A stretch of 64,000 nucleotides of DNA from Patescibacteria group bacterium (GTDB lineage Bacteria > Patescibacteriota > Microgenomatia > Levybacterales > UBA12049): the NCBI GenBank assembly GCA_038063415.1, contig JBBTVD010000009.1:15430-79429 (forward strand), read 5' to 3'. A model generated the notes under the pieces. The model saw nothing but the letters and a program-made list of their open reading frames with translations, searched no databases and was not told the DNA's origin. Of the stretch, positions 8,305 through 18,279 are shown piece after piece. The position numbers and the translations under genes are program-made. Within the stretch, counting starts at the first letter, position 1, and every line of letters starts with the position of its first letter.

Positions 8305-9642
8305 ATGGCGATTAAAACTCTTCCCCACAATGATGAAGCAGAAAAAAGCGTGCTAGGCGCGATCCTTATTGATAAAAATGCGATTGTAAATGTTTCTGAA
8401 ATTCTCCGTCCTGATGACTTTTATAGCGATATCAATGGTCTAATGTTTGGGGCTATGATGATTCTCTATGAAGAGCGAAAGCCTATTGATCCACTTACGC
8501 TTACCGAGCAACTAAAGAAGAATAAGCAACTAAAACGAATTGATGCCTCATATATAACAGAACTTGTTGAGCAGGTTCCAACTGCCGCAAATGTCATGAC
8601 GTATGCCAATATTGTCAAAGAAGAATCAACCAAACGTGCACTCATTCATGCTGGCGTTGAGATGACAGAGCTTGGGTATGAAGATGATGTTGAAGTAAAG
8701 ACAATCATTGATAAGGCTGAATCCTCAATCTTTGGTATTTCTCAAGGCCACATCACTCGAGGGTTTATCGCGATCAAAGACACGCTGACAGAGAGTTTTG
8801 ACCGAATTGATGAGCTACAAAAGAATGGGGGAGGGATGCGTGGGGTGCAAACAGGGTTTGTCGACTTTGATAGATTACTTTCTGGATTCCAAAAAAGTAA
8901 TTTGATTATCCTCGCAGCTCGTCCGGGGCAAGGAAAAACGGCTTTTATGCTTAATATTGCTCAACATGTAAGCGTCAGAGAAAAACAAGCAGTTGGAATC
9001 TTTTCCCTTGAAATGAGTAAAGAAGAGTTGGTAGATCGTCTGCTTGTAGGACAGTCAGATATTGATGCATGGCGGCTCAAAACAGGGAAGCTTTCTGAAG
9101 ATGATTTCTCAAAGATCTCTGATGCAATGGGACAACTTGCTGAAGCACCTATTTTTATTGATGATACGCCGGGACTTTCGCTGACTGAAATGCGGAGTAA
9201 AGCTCGCAGGCTTCAGATGGAGCATAATCTCTCGCTCTTAGTCGTCGATTATTTGCAGTTGATAGATCCAGGAAGAAAAGTAGAAAGTCGTGTACAGGAA
9301 GTCTCACTCATCTCCAAGGCGTTAAAGAACCTTGCACGTGAATTAAACATCCCTGTTCTTTGCGCATCACAGTTATCCCGTGCAATTGAGCAACGAGGAG
9401 AGAAAAAGCCGCAACTTTCTGACCTTCGTGAATCAGGTTCTATCGAACAAGATGCCGATGCGGTTGCTTTTATCTATCGTCCAGATAGTGATGTGGTGAC
9501 ACCATTAATTCCGACCAAACTTCTTGTTGCCAAACATCGTAACGGAGCAACTGGGGAGATAGACTTACTGTTTCAGGGGAATCGAATTAGATTTCTTAAT
9601 GTAGAAAGAATGCAGGGTGAAGAAGCTATCTCTGCTGCATAG
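8305..9642 (+). CDS. dnaB: Replicative DNA helicase
   Basis: AARPGQGKT, FSLEMS, VVDYLQL and DLRESGSIEQDAD. Confidence 0.98.
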   Translation: MAIKTLPHNDEAEKSVLGAILIDKNAIVNVSEILRPDDFYSDINGLMFGAMMILYEERKPIDPLTLTEQLKKNKQLKRIDASYITELVEQVPTAANVMTYANIVKEESTKRALIHAGVEMTELGYEDDVEVKTIIDKAESSIFGISQGHITRGFIAIKDTLTESFDRIDELQKNGGGMRGVQTGFVDFDRLLSGFQKSNLIILAARPGQGKTAFMLNIAQHVSVREKQAVGIFSLEMSKEELVDRLLVGQSDIDAWRLKTGKLSEDDFSKISDAMGQLAEAPIFIDDTPGLSLTEMRSKARRLQMEHNLSLLVVDYLQLIDPGRKVESRVQEVSLISKALKNLARELNIPVLCASQLSRAIEQRGEKKPQLSDLRESGSIEQDADAVAFIYRPDSDVVTPLIPTKLLVAKHRNGATGEIDLLFQGNRIRFLNVERMQGEEAISAA

Positions 9643-9677
9643 ATACGATTAGGGATCTTTTTGATACAATAGAAAGT

Positions 9678-10952
9678 ATGCTAAGAAAACTAAAAGAGCT
9701 CTTCTATTTCCCAATAGCTTCGTACTTTCGTTTTTTTGCTGCCATTCGATTGCGAAGGTGGCATCCACGCATAATTGTCGTCACCGGTTCCAATGGTAAG
9801 ACCACGCTTTTTCATTTACTTGAAGCACAGTTTGGCAAGCAAGCAAGGCATTCACATCATGCAAATAGCAGCTTTGGCATCCCATTTAATATCTTGGGAC
9901 TTGAGCGAAAGACACTTCTAAAATCTGAATGGATTAAACTCTTTCTTCTTGCTCCCCTAAAAGTTTTTGCTCCATTGCCAAAAGAAAAGATATTTGTGGT
10001 TGAGTGTGATTGTGATCGTCCAGGAGAAGGGAAATTCCTTGCGGAATTATTAAAGCCAGAGGTTGTGCTGTGGGTGAGTACTTCCCGTACGCATGGGATG
10101 AATTTTGAAGCGTTAGTAACAGAAAAAAGGTTTGCCACCGTTGAAGAAGCAATTGCGTACGAATTTGGGTATTTTCTTGCATATTGTTCTGATTTTGTAG
10201 TTATTGATGGTGACTCGTCCTTGCAAGTACAGCAAACAAATCGTACAAAAGCACGAGTCAAAGCCATTAAAAAGACTGAAATTTTGGACAAGTATCATGT
10301 GGATGCTACGGGAACAACGTTTGTTCTTAATAAGAAAAGCTATACCTTCACCTCATTACTTCCTGAAGTAGTTGCTACTGGTCTTGCGATGTGTATTGAA
10401 GCAGTAGACTATTTCAAGATTGATTTTGACCCAACGTTTGCTCACTACACGCTACCCCCGGGGAGGGGATCGCTTTTCTCTGGGATCAAAAAAACTACCA
10501 TTATCGATAGTTGCTACAATGCTAACCTTTCTTCAATGGAAGCAATATTGTCCATGTATAAGCAATTTGCCGCAAAGAAAAAATGGGCAGTGATTGGTGA
10601 TATGCTTGAGCAAGGAGCAGGGGAGAGGGAGCAACATGAGAAGCTTGCAGTAGTACTCTCAAAGGTAGATCTTGATAGGATAGTTTTTCTTGGGCCACGT
10701 GTGAGAAGATATACATATCCTTATTTGCAGCAATTGGATAGGCAAAAGATCTCCATGGATGCTTTTGACAGCCCACGAGAAGCACTTGATTTCTTACAAT
10801 CTCATATTGAAGGTGGAGAGACAATCCTTTTTAAGGGAGCAAGGTTTATGGAAGGCATCATTGAGCATCTTCTTGCAAATCCAAAAGATGCAGCGAAGCT
10901 AGCCAGGCGCGAGAAAGTATGGGAAATACGAAGGAAAAAGTGGGGATTATAA
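9678..10952 (+). CDS. murF: Mur ligase, MurF-like
   Basis: VTGSNGKTT, IIDSCYNAN, IGDMLEQG and LFKGAR. Confidence 0.85.
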   Translation: MLRKLKELFYFPIASYFRFFAAIRLRRWHPRIIVVTGSNGKTTLFHLLEAQFGKQARHSHHANSSFGIPFNILGLERKTLLKSEWIKLFLLAPLKVFAPLPKEKIFVVECDCDRPGEGKFLAELLKPEVVLWVSTSRTHGMNFEALVTEKRFATVEEAIAYEFGYFLAYCSDFVVIDGDSSLQVQQTNRTKARVKAIKKTEILDKYHVDATGTTFVLNKKSYTFTSLLPEVVATGLAMCIEAVDYFKIDFDPTFAHYTLPPGRGSLFSGIKKTTIIDSCYNANLSSMEAILSMYKQFAAKKKWAVIGDMLEQGAGEREQHEKLAVVLSKVDLDRIVFLGPRVRRYTYPYLQQLDRQKISMDAFDSPREALDFLQSHIEGGETILFKGARFMEGIIEHLLANPKDAAKLARREKVWEIRRKKWGL

Positions 10953-10961
10953 AAACTAAAA

Positions 10962-11666
10962 ATGAAAAACGTAAAATATAAAATATTTGTATTACATGGA
11001 TGGGCTTACTCAACAGAAAAGTGGCAGCCATTTCTGACATTACTTAAAAAACAAGGAATTGAGCCTGTTATGCTCCAGATTCCTGGACTCACTGCACCTC
11101 TGGAAGAGGTATGGACGCTTGATAACTATGTCTCTTGGCTCAAAAAAAGTGTCGAAAAAGAAAAGGGGAAAGTAATCTTACTTGGGCATTCCAATGGAGG
11201 AAGAATTGCGATTTCCTTTGCTGCAAAATATCCAGAAAAAGTTGCGCAGCTAGTACTTATTGATAGCGCCGGTCTGTATCACAAAGAACTATTGCTCCAA
11301 ATTAAACGGGCGGTGTTTCAAACAATTGCAAAAATAGGCAGAAAGTTACATAAATCAGATCATCTACGGTATTTACTCTATCGATTTGCTCGTGAAAATG
11401 ATTATTATCGGGCAAATCCCGCTGTCAGAAAAACAATGCATAATTTGATCAAAGTTGATCTTTCGCCATTACTTCCACAAATAGTAATTCCTACGCTTAT
11501 TATCTGGGGGCAGGATGATAAAGTGACGCCGGTTATCGACGGGGAAAGAATGCAAGCGCTTCTGCCAAACGCTCGTCTGCATATTGTTAACGGTGCACAT
11601 CATTCACCACAATTTACTCATGAAAAAGAAGTAGCGGCTATCATCACTCAGGATTTAGAAAAATGA
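10962..11666 (+). CDS. Alpha/beta hydrolase
   Basis: LHGW, GHSNGG nucleophile elbow, WGQDDKVTP and catalytic His region AHHSP. Confidence 0.9.
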   Translation: MKNVKYKIFVLHGWAYSTEKWQPFLTLLKKQGIEPVMLQIPGLTAPLEEVWTLDNYVSWLKKSVEKEKGKVILLGHSNGGRIAISFAAKYPEKVAQLVLIDSAGLYHKELLLQIKRAVFQTIAKIGRKLHKSDHLRYLLYRFARENDYYRANPAVRKTMHNLIKVDLSPLLPQIVIPTLIIWGQDDKVTPVIDGERMQALLPNARLHIVNGAHHSPQFTHEKEVAAIITQDLEK

Positions 11667-12877
11667 TTACTTTTAACTCGCTTGGTTCCAATTATGATTA
11701 TCAGTTTGCTCGCATGGCAGTATTTGCCCGAAATGAGCAAAAATATAGTGAGCAATTGCAGGAGTATTTACAAAAGAAATATACAGGAGAAGTAGCTCTT
11801 GTGTATAAAGGTCGGGAAGCATTACGACTAGCCCTTCGTCTTATCAAAGATTCTGGGCAAGCCAGAATGACGAAAGAACCTCTTGTTGGTATCTGTGGTT
11901 ATACGTGCTTTGCTGTTTATGATGCCGTAATCAAAGAAGGCTTTGGCGTTACCTATTTGGATATTGATGCCAAAAGTTTACATTTTTCTCTTGCAACGTT
12001 AAAACAAACAGTAAAGGAAAACCCTCAATTAAAAATTCTCATCATTCAAAATACGCTTGGCTATCCATGTGATATGGTAGGTATCCATAAATTTTGTCAG
12101 GAGAAAGGGATTATTCTGATCGAAGACCTTGCACACGCAATAGGTTCAACGTATGCAAACGGCAGGGAAGCGGGGACAGTAGGTGATTTTGTCGCACTCT
12201 CTTTTAGTCAGGATAAAATGATTGATGGCGTTACTGGTGGAGCGCTTGTCGTCAGAAATCAAAAGTATGCCAAGCTTTTGCAGAAAGAAACTTTTGTCAA
12301 AGTAGGGGAGTGGAAACAACTCATTGATCGACTGTATCCACTCTTTACCGTGGCAATACGAAAGACATATGGAGTTGGTTTGGGGAAGATTCTCCATCAT
12401 CTGCTGAGGAAATCAGGTCTTTTGGCGAGGCCAATGGATGAAAGTACCCAGATACAAACACTTTCACCGTGGTACTGTCTCTTGATTTATAGTGCTTTTT
12501 TGGATCTTGAGAGCAATCGGGAACACAGGAGAAAGATAGCAAGGATTTATCGGGAAGTGATTGATTCTCGGATACAGTTACGACTTGCTCTGTCTCGTAG
12601 TGCCAATTTGCGATTTCCTCTTCTGGTTCCACAGCGAGAAAGTCTCATTGCTTACTTAAAAAACTCTGCTGTTTTTGTCTCTGACATTTGGTATGATGCT
12701 CCTATTGGTCCAAAAAAATTCATGCAATGGACCAATTACCAGCAGGGACTCTGTCCAAATGCCGAAAAAATAGCCGACAAGATGGTCAATCTCCCTACAC
12801 ATAAAAATATCTCACAAGCACAGGCCAAACGGATTGCACAGCTTGTAAATAAATGGCTAAAAGCAAATTATGAATAA
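11663..12877 (+). CDS. DegT/DnrJ/EryC1/StrS family PLP-dependent aminotransferase with a short repeat-derived insert
   Basis: IEDLAHAIG, SFSQDKMIDGVTGGAL and NLPTH. Confidence 0.88.
   Translation: MITFNSLGSNYDYQFARMAVFARNEQKYSEQLQEYLQKKYTGEVALVYKGREALRLALRLIKDSGQARMTKEPLVGICGYTCFAVYDAVIKEGFGVTYLDIDAKSLHFSLATLKQTVKENPQLKILIIQNTLGYPCDMVGIHKFCQEKGIILIEDLAHAIGSTYANGREAGTVGDFVALSFSQDKMIDGVTGGALVVRNQKYAKLLQKETFVKVGEWKQLIDRLYPLFTVAIRKTYGVGLGKILHHLLRKSGLLARPMDESTQIQTLSPWYCLLIYSAFLDLESNREHRRKIARIYREVIDSRIQLRLALSRSANLRFPLLVPQRESLIAYLKNSAVFVSDIWYDAPIGPKKFMQWTNYQQGLCPNAEKIADKMVNLPTHKNISQAQAKRIAQLVNKWLKANYE
11849..11872. repeat. Half palindromic element in-frame in the DegT-family gene (peptide DSGQARMT)
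   Basis: GATTCTGGGCAAGCCAGAATGACG matches the hairpin arm of intergenic copies such as 16300-16364. Confidence 0.75.
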
Positions 12878-13895
12878 CATCGCCTATAAACCAGTTGCGA
12901 GTGAATCAGAATGGGAAGAATTTCTTTCTCTCCACGAAGAAGCAAATTTTCTCCAATCATGGTATTTTGGAGAGTTTCATAAAAGGTTAGGGAAGCATAT
13001 CCAGCGGACAGGTTTTTACAAAAAGGATAGATTGATTGGAGTAATGTTATCTGTTGTTGAACCAGCACGAAGAGGAAGATATCTAACCGTTGCTGGAGGA
13101 CCAATCCTTGATTGGCAAGATACGTCGTTGGTAGACACTGTCTTTAAGACAATGAAAGCAATTGCTGAGGAAGAAAACTGTGTTTTTGTTCGAGTTCGTC
13201 CACAGCTTTTGGAGAATGAGTTTTCAATAGATCTTTTCAAAAGAAAGGGATTTAACAATGCCACCATGCACCTTACTGCTGAATTAACCTCACGTCTTGC
13301 AATTGAAAAATCAGAAGAGGAACTGCTTGTTCAGATGCGTAAAGCTACTCGATATGAAATAAAAAAAGCAATAAAAGAAGGAATAAAAATCAAAACTACG
13401 ACTAATCCAAAGGATGTAAAAGCCTTTTACGATATTCAATTGGCAACAGCGAAGAGACAGCATTTTGTACCTTTCTCCTACAAGTTCTTTTTGGAGCAAT
13501 TTAGTGTCTTTTTCCAGGCAAAGCGAGCGCTCATGTATGAAGCATATCTCGAAAAGACTCTTTTGGCACAAGCATTTATCATCTTTTATGGTAAAGAAGC
13601 GGTGTATCATTATGGAACGGGGACTGAAGTCGGCAGAAAGCATCCCGGAGCGTATCTTATCCAATGGGAAGCTATCAAAGAAGCAAAAAAGAGAGGTATG
13701 CAGTGGTATAACTTTTGGGGGATAGCACCTGTTAATGAACCACAGCATCGTTTCTCTGGGGTGTCTGTCTTTAAGCGGGGGTTTGCTGGAGAAGATACTC
13801 AATACTTGCATGCTCAGGATCTGGTTATTAATAAACTCAGATATGTCTTTAATTATCTTGTTGAATGGATTCGCAAAAAGGTACGAAAGGTGTAA
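12870..13895 (+). CDS. FemAB/FemX family peptidoglycan aminoacyltransferase
   Basis: FLQSWYFGEF, GGPILDW, LIQWEAIKEAK and YNFWGI...FKRGF. Confidence 0.92.
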   Translation: MNNIAYKPVASESEWEEFLSLHEEANFLQSWYFGEFHKRLGKHIQRTGFYKKDRLIGVMLSVVEPARRGRYLTVAGGPILDWQDTSLVDTVFKTMKAIAEEENCVFVRVRPQLLENEFSIDLFKRKGFNNATMHLTAELTSRLAIEKSEEELLVQMRKATRYEIKKAIKEGIKIKTTTNPKDVKAFYDIQLATAKRQHFVPFSYKFFLEQFSVFFQAKRALMYEAYLEKTLLAQAFIIFYGKEAVYHYGTGTEVGRKHPGAYLIQWEAIKEAKKRGMQWYNFWGIAPVNEPQHRFSGVSVFKRGFAGEDTQYLHAQDLVINKLRYVFNYLVEWIRKKVRKV

Positions 13896-13906
13896 AATAG
13901 TGGCGT

Positions 13907-14482
13907 ATGAAAAAGATAATCCTCGCATCATCATCTCCACGTAGAAAACAACTGCTCAAACTTCTTGGTTTGGAATTTACCATTGACGCTAGCAATATCG
14001 AAGAGAAACTCAATCCTCGTCTCAAACCACGTAAGCAGGTAGAAGTTCTATCCTCACAGAAAGCACAAGCAATTGCTTCCAAATATCCAGATGCTATTAT
14101 CATCGCAGCAGATACAATGGTTGCCTTTGGAGATGAAAAGTTAGGAAAACCAAAGGACGCAAAGGATGCAAAGCAAATGCTCAAAAAGCTGAGTGGAACG
14201 GTGCATTTTGTTGTAACGGGGATGACGGTGCTTGATACTGCGACAAAAAAGAGTAGGACGAGCTCTATTGAAACAACGATTATGTTTCGAAAGCTGCAAG
14301 ATAAGGAGATAGCGAAGTTTATTGAAAAAGAGAAGCCCTATGATAAAGCAGGAGCTTATGCAATCCATGAGTTGGGTGGGATATTTGTGGAGCGAGTTGA
14401 AGGAGATTATCTGGGGGCAGTTGGGTTGTCTCTTTTTGCGCTGGCAAGAGAACTTAAAAAGTTTGGAGTAAGTATTATCTAG
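13907..14482 (+). CDS. maf: Maf family nucleoside triphosphate pyrophosphatase
   Basis: IILASSSPRRKQLL, ADTMV and DKAGAYAI. Confidence 0.95.
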   Translation: MKKIILASSSPRRKQLLKLLGLEFTIDASNIEEKLNPRLKPRKQVEVLSSQKAQAIASKYPDAIIIAADTMVAFGDEKLGKPKDAKDAKQMLKKLSGTVHFVVTGMTVLDTATKKSRTSSIETTIMFRKLQDKEIAKFIEKEKPYDKAGAYAIHELGGIFVERVEGDYLGAVGLSLFALARELKKFGVSII

Positions 14483-14567
14483 TGCCGGGAGGGGGAGTCG
14501 AACCCCCACGGAGTGTAATCTCCAAAGGTTTTTGAGACCTTCGTGTCTGCCATTCCACCACCCCGGC
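14483..14567 (-). tRNA. tRNA-Leu(CAA)
   Basis: Cloverleaf GCCGGGG...TCCCGGCA; anticodon arm AAGGT-CTCAAAA-ACCTT; long variable arm; GGTTCGACTCC T-arm. Confidence 0.95.
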
Positions 14568-14687
14568 CTAATTAGTTCCGTCTATCTCTTTTATAATTTC
14601 TCTTCCAAATCCAGATTTAAAAAACTTTTCAAGTATCCTTGCTTCCTGACGAGATTCACATAATTCTACATGAATAAGTTTTACTGG
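14568..14687 (-). pseudogene. C-terminal fragment of a GIY-YIG (UPF0213-like) nuclease
   Basis: Translates PVKLIHVELCESRQEARILEKFFKSGFGREIIKEIDGTN*; the stop abuts the tRNA 5' end; the N-terminal GIY-YIG half is missing. Confidence 0.7.
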
Positions 14688-14688
14688 G

Positions 14689-14703
14689 TTCCACCACCCC
14701 GGC
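14689..14703 (-). repeat. 15-bp direct duplicate of the tRNA-Leu 5' end (GCCGGGGTGGTGGAA)
   Basis: Identical to 14553-14567. Confidence 0.9.
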
Positions 14704-14788
14704 AAAGAACTACTGTATTTTACTTTGTTTTCTCTTGTATGACAAGGTTAGCTTTATTTTTTTGCCTTTCAGTGTTACAATAATAACC

Positions 14789-16297
14789 ATGAAATTCGAA
14801 TTCTCATCTAATCCCCTTGAAAAAATTTCTTCAGATGTAGCTCTTGTTTTTGCTTTTGCTGGGGGAAAAAAGCAAAAATCATACATTCCTTTAGAGAGTT
14901 TTACAAAAATAGATACACTTTTAGATAGACAATTGGCAAAAGTAGCTCTCCTTGAAAACTTCACCGCAAAAAAAGGGGAGATGATAAAAATTATTCCACA
15001 GAGAGTGATTGCACCCTCTCAAATCGTTGTTCTTGGTCTAGGAGAGAAAAAGGACTTTTCACTCACTAATTTTCGTGAAGTAATTGGTTCCTTTGCGAAG
15101 TCCATGCATCTTAAGATTGACTCCGCGTCAGTCTCTCTTCCACATACAAAAGAGAGTGGTATAGAGATATCAGAATCTTTACATGCTTTTGTGGAGGGAG
15201 CACAGCTTGGGACATATGTTTTTCTCAAATACAAAAAAGAAGAAACAAAAGAACGTAAGTTTGCTAACGTTATTATTGCTGGACAAGAAGAGACAAAAAG
15301 CTTGAAGGATATTACACAAAAAGCTCAGTTATACAGTCAGGCAACGATTCTTGCCCGTGACTTGGTTAACGAAACACCAACTATTGCTACACCGACTTAT
15401 TTAGCCAAGCTTGCCCAAGATATTGCCAAGAGTAGTACCCAAATCACCTGTACTATTTATTCTAAGGAAGAAGCTGAGAAAATGGGAATGGAAGCATTCC
15501 TTGGTATTGCTCGTGCATCTGATACTCCTCCAAAATTTATTCACTTGGAATACACTCCCAAGAGAGCTTCAAAAGAAAAAATTGCGATTGTTGGTAAAGG
15601 GATAACTTTTGATAGCGGAGGGATAAATGTCAAACCTGGTGAGCATATGAATGACATGAAAATGGATATGGCTGGGGCGGCAGCTGTCCTTGGCGTATTT
15701 TCGGTAATTGATGCGATTGCGCCAGAGACTACGGTTATTGGTCTTATTGCTGCGACTTCAAATATGATTTCTGGTGCTTCCATTGTCCCGGGAGATATCG
15801 TTCGGGCAATGAATGGCAAAACCATTGAAATTGGCAATACTGACGCAGAGGGAAGAGTAACCCTTGCTGATAGTTTGTCCTATGCTCTCAAACAGGGTGC
15901 AACACAGATTATTGATCTTGCAACCCTTACCGGAGCCTGTATGGTTGCTCTTGGTCATGATATCAGTGGACTTTTTTCAAATGACAAAGCATTAGCAGAA
16001 AAAGTAGTCACCGCAGCAACTGCAGAAGGAGAAAAAATGTGGGAAATGCCACTGGATAAAGACTATAAAGAGTTAAATAAGAGTGAAGTAGCAGATATTT
16101 CAAACATTGGACAAGATAGATACGGTGGGGCAATTACTGCGGCACTTTTCCTTGAAGAGTTTGTTGATGGTAAACCATGGGTGCATCTGGACATTGCCGG
16201 TCCCGCATTTAGTGCAAAAGGAAATAAACTTAGTCCTGCTGGGGGGACTGGCTTTGGGGTCAGAACTATGCTAAAATTGCTGGACACATTTCAATAA
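14789..16297 (+). CDS. pepA: Leucyl aminopeptidase (M17)
   Basis: VGKGITFDSGG, MKMDMAGAA, NTDAEGR and WVHLDIAG. Confidence 0.97.
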   Translation: MKFEFSSNPLEKISSDVALVFAFAGGKKQKSYIPLESFTKIDTLLDRQLAKVALLENFTAKKGEMIKIIPQRVIAPSQIVVLGLGEKKDFSLTNFREVIGSFAKSMHLKIDSASVSLPHTKESGIEISESLHAFVEGAQLGTYVFLKYKKEETKERKFANVIIAGQEETKSLKDITQKAQLYSQATILARDLVNETPTIATPTYLAKLAQDIAKSSTQITCTIYSKEEAEKMGMEAFLGIARASDTPPKFIHLEYTPKRASKEKIAIVGKGITFDSGGINVKPGEHMNDMKMDMAGAAAVLGVFSVIDAIAPETTVIGLIAATSNMISGASIVPGDIVRAMNGKTIEIGNTDAEGRVTLADSLSYALKQGATQIIDLATLTGACMVALGHDISGLFSNDKALAEKVVTAATAEGEKMWEMPLDKDYKELNKSEVADISNIGQDRYGGAITAALFLEEFVDGKPWVHLDIAGPAFSAKGNKLSPAGGTGFGVRTMLKLLDTFQ

Positions 16298-16299
16298 GC

Positions 16300-16364
16300 C
16301 GTCATTCTGGCTCGTCCAGAATCAGTAAAAAGATCCTGGATGCACTTCGCTTACCAGGATGACG
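16300..16364. repeat. Palindromic element (GTCATTCTGG...CCAGGATGAC)
   Basis: Bipartite hairpin; similar to 35244-35326, 36677-36760 and 53369-53439. Confidence 0.85.
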
Positions 16365-16388
16365 ATTTAAAAGATAGGAAGAATAATT

Positions 16389-16958
16389 ATGATTTCAGTT
16401 ACCGAACTTCGCGCAGGCACAACATATCATGAAGACGGGCAATATCTCGTTGTTTTGTCTTACGAGCATATCAAGATGGGGAGAGGAAGCGCCAACATCA
16501 AGGTAAAAGTCCGCAACATCAAAACAGGAAGTAACGTCGAAAAAAGCTACATCAATGGGGCTAAAGTCCAAGACGTCCACGTCCTCAAAAAGAATATGCA
16601 ATATCTCTACAAAGATGATGAAGCGGTTTATTTTATGGATCCAAACACCTATGAACAGGTTAGCATTGCACTTAAATTAGTCCCTGAGCATGCTTATTTA
16701 AAAGAAGGAGAAGAATTTACGGTAAGTTTCCTTGAAGGGGAACCTTTTGCGCTGTTACTTCCACCCAAAATGGTATTTCGTGTCGCAGAGACAGCTCCCG
16801 GAGCCAAAGGAAATTCCGCAACCAATGTTTTTAAAGAAGCAATTCTCGAAAATGGTCTTAAAACTCGAGTGCCACTTTTTATTGACACGGATGAATATAT
16901 CCGGGTTGATACTCGGACAGGAGCCTACTGTGAAAAGGCTCAAGCAACCGAAAAATAA
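16389..16958 (+). CDS. efp: Elongation factor P
   Basis: HIKMGRGSA loop, PGAKGNSA and VPLFI...VDTRTG.Y. Confidence 0.96.
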   Translation: MISVTELRAGTTYHEDGQYLVVLSYEHIKMGRGSANIKVKVRNIKTGSNVEKSYINGAKVQDVHVLKKNMQYLYKDDEAVYFMDPNTYEQVSIALKLVPEHAYLKEGEEFTVSFLEGEPFALLLPPKMVFRVAETAPGAKGNSATNVFKEAILENGLKTRVPLFIDTDEYIRVDTRTGAYCEKAQATEK

Positions 16959-17012
16959 GAAAATTTGTCGACTCTCTAGATAAATTTTGTGTAATTTGCC
17001 ATAATCAGATTC

Positions 17013-18275
17013 ATGAAGACACATATCCTTCGTGCTTTGACAGAAAAGTCATTTTCCTATCTCTGGTTTGGGGAAGTTTTTACGCAAATTGCTATCAATA
17101 CGTTAAACTTCTTCCTCGTTCTTTTTGTGTATGAATTAACCCATTCAAATACAGCAGTTTCTGGAATTATTATTACCTACACGATCCCAGCAATTATTTT
17201 TGGTTCGATTGCGGGTGCATACGTCGATCGATGGGACAAGCGGACTGTCTTAATTTTTTCCAATGTTGCCAGAGCTCTTCTCTTAATTATTCTTGCAATC
17301 AACATTGAGAATCTTGCTGTACTTTATATACTCTCTTTTCTTATTGCCGTCATCACACAATTTTTTATCCCAGCCGAAACTCCGATGATTCCATTAACCG
17401 TACGTAAAGAGAATTTATTATCCGCCAATGCGTTATTTGGTATGGCATTCTCAGGTTCTGTCGTTGTTGCCTATTTGCTTGCCGCGCCCTTGCTTGCCTG
17501 GCTCGGTTCGGTACCTACTCTTTTTATTTTAGCAGCTATATTGGGGTTAGGTGCGATATTTGTCTACTTTGTGAAAGTAAAGGGAAAACCCTTAGTTTCT
17601 TCTCATAAAATAAAAAATAGACCAAATGTTTTTCAAGAAATCAAACTTGCTTTTCAGATTTTTACTCAGACGAAAGTAATATCACAAGCAATATCTCTTT
17701 TGGCATTAGCACAAGTTTTGACACTTATTATTGCGACCGTTGCCCCTGGATATGCCAGTCAAGTATTGGGGATTGAACTAAAACGGTTTGCACTTTATTT
17801 TGCTGCTCCAGCAGCAATCGGTATGGTAGTTGGAGGAATAGTCCTTGTTAATTTCTTTCATAATGCACGAAAGAAATACATGATTAATGCAGGTATTTTT
17901 CTCTCTGGTATTTGTCTCATGCTCTTGCCACTTGGTTCGGAGGTTGCTTCACGGACTATTATTCAGACAATCAATAATTTTTTACCCGCTTTTTTAGATA
18001 TCAATATTTTGCGTACCGTTGTAGTTCTCATTTTTCTCATCGGTGTAGGAAATGCATTAGTTTTTGTCCCATCAAATACGATCGTGCAAGAACAAACATC
18101 AGATGCCTCTCGGGGGAAAATCTACGGCTTTCTTAATACAATCGTTGGTGTCCTTTCGTTACTTCCAGTGATTCTCGTTGGGGGGCTTTCTGATTTAATT
18201 GGGGTTGGGTCGGTATTGGTTGGGATTGGTCTTAGTTTATTTCTTCTGGCAGTGTATAATATACTACGCCCGTAA
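17013..18275 (+). CDS. MFS transporter
   Basis: About 12 TM helices; GAYVDRWDKR motif A. Confidence 0.9.
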   Translation: MKTHILRALTEKSFSYLWFGEVFTQIAINTLNFFLVLFVYELTHSNTAVSGIIITYTIPAIIFGSIAGAYVDRWDKRTVLIFSNVARALLLIILAINIENLAVLYILSFLIAVITQFFIPAETPMIPLTVRKENLLSANALFGMAFSGSVVVAYLLAAPLLAWLGSVPTLFILAAILGLGAIFVYFVKVKGKPLVSSHKIKNRPNVFQEIKLAFQIFTQTKVISQAISLLALAQVLTLIIATVAPGYASQVLGIELKRFALYFAAPAAIGMVVGGIVLVNFFHNARKKYMINAGIFLSGICLMLLPLGSEVASRTIIQTINNFLPAFLDINILRTVVVLIFLIGVGNALVFVPSNTIVQEQTSDASRGKIYGFLNTIVGVLSLLPVILVGGLSDLIGVGSVLVGIGLSLFLLAVYNILRP

Positions 18276-18279
18276 CACT

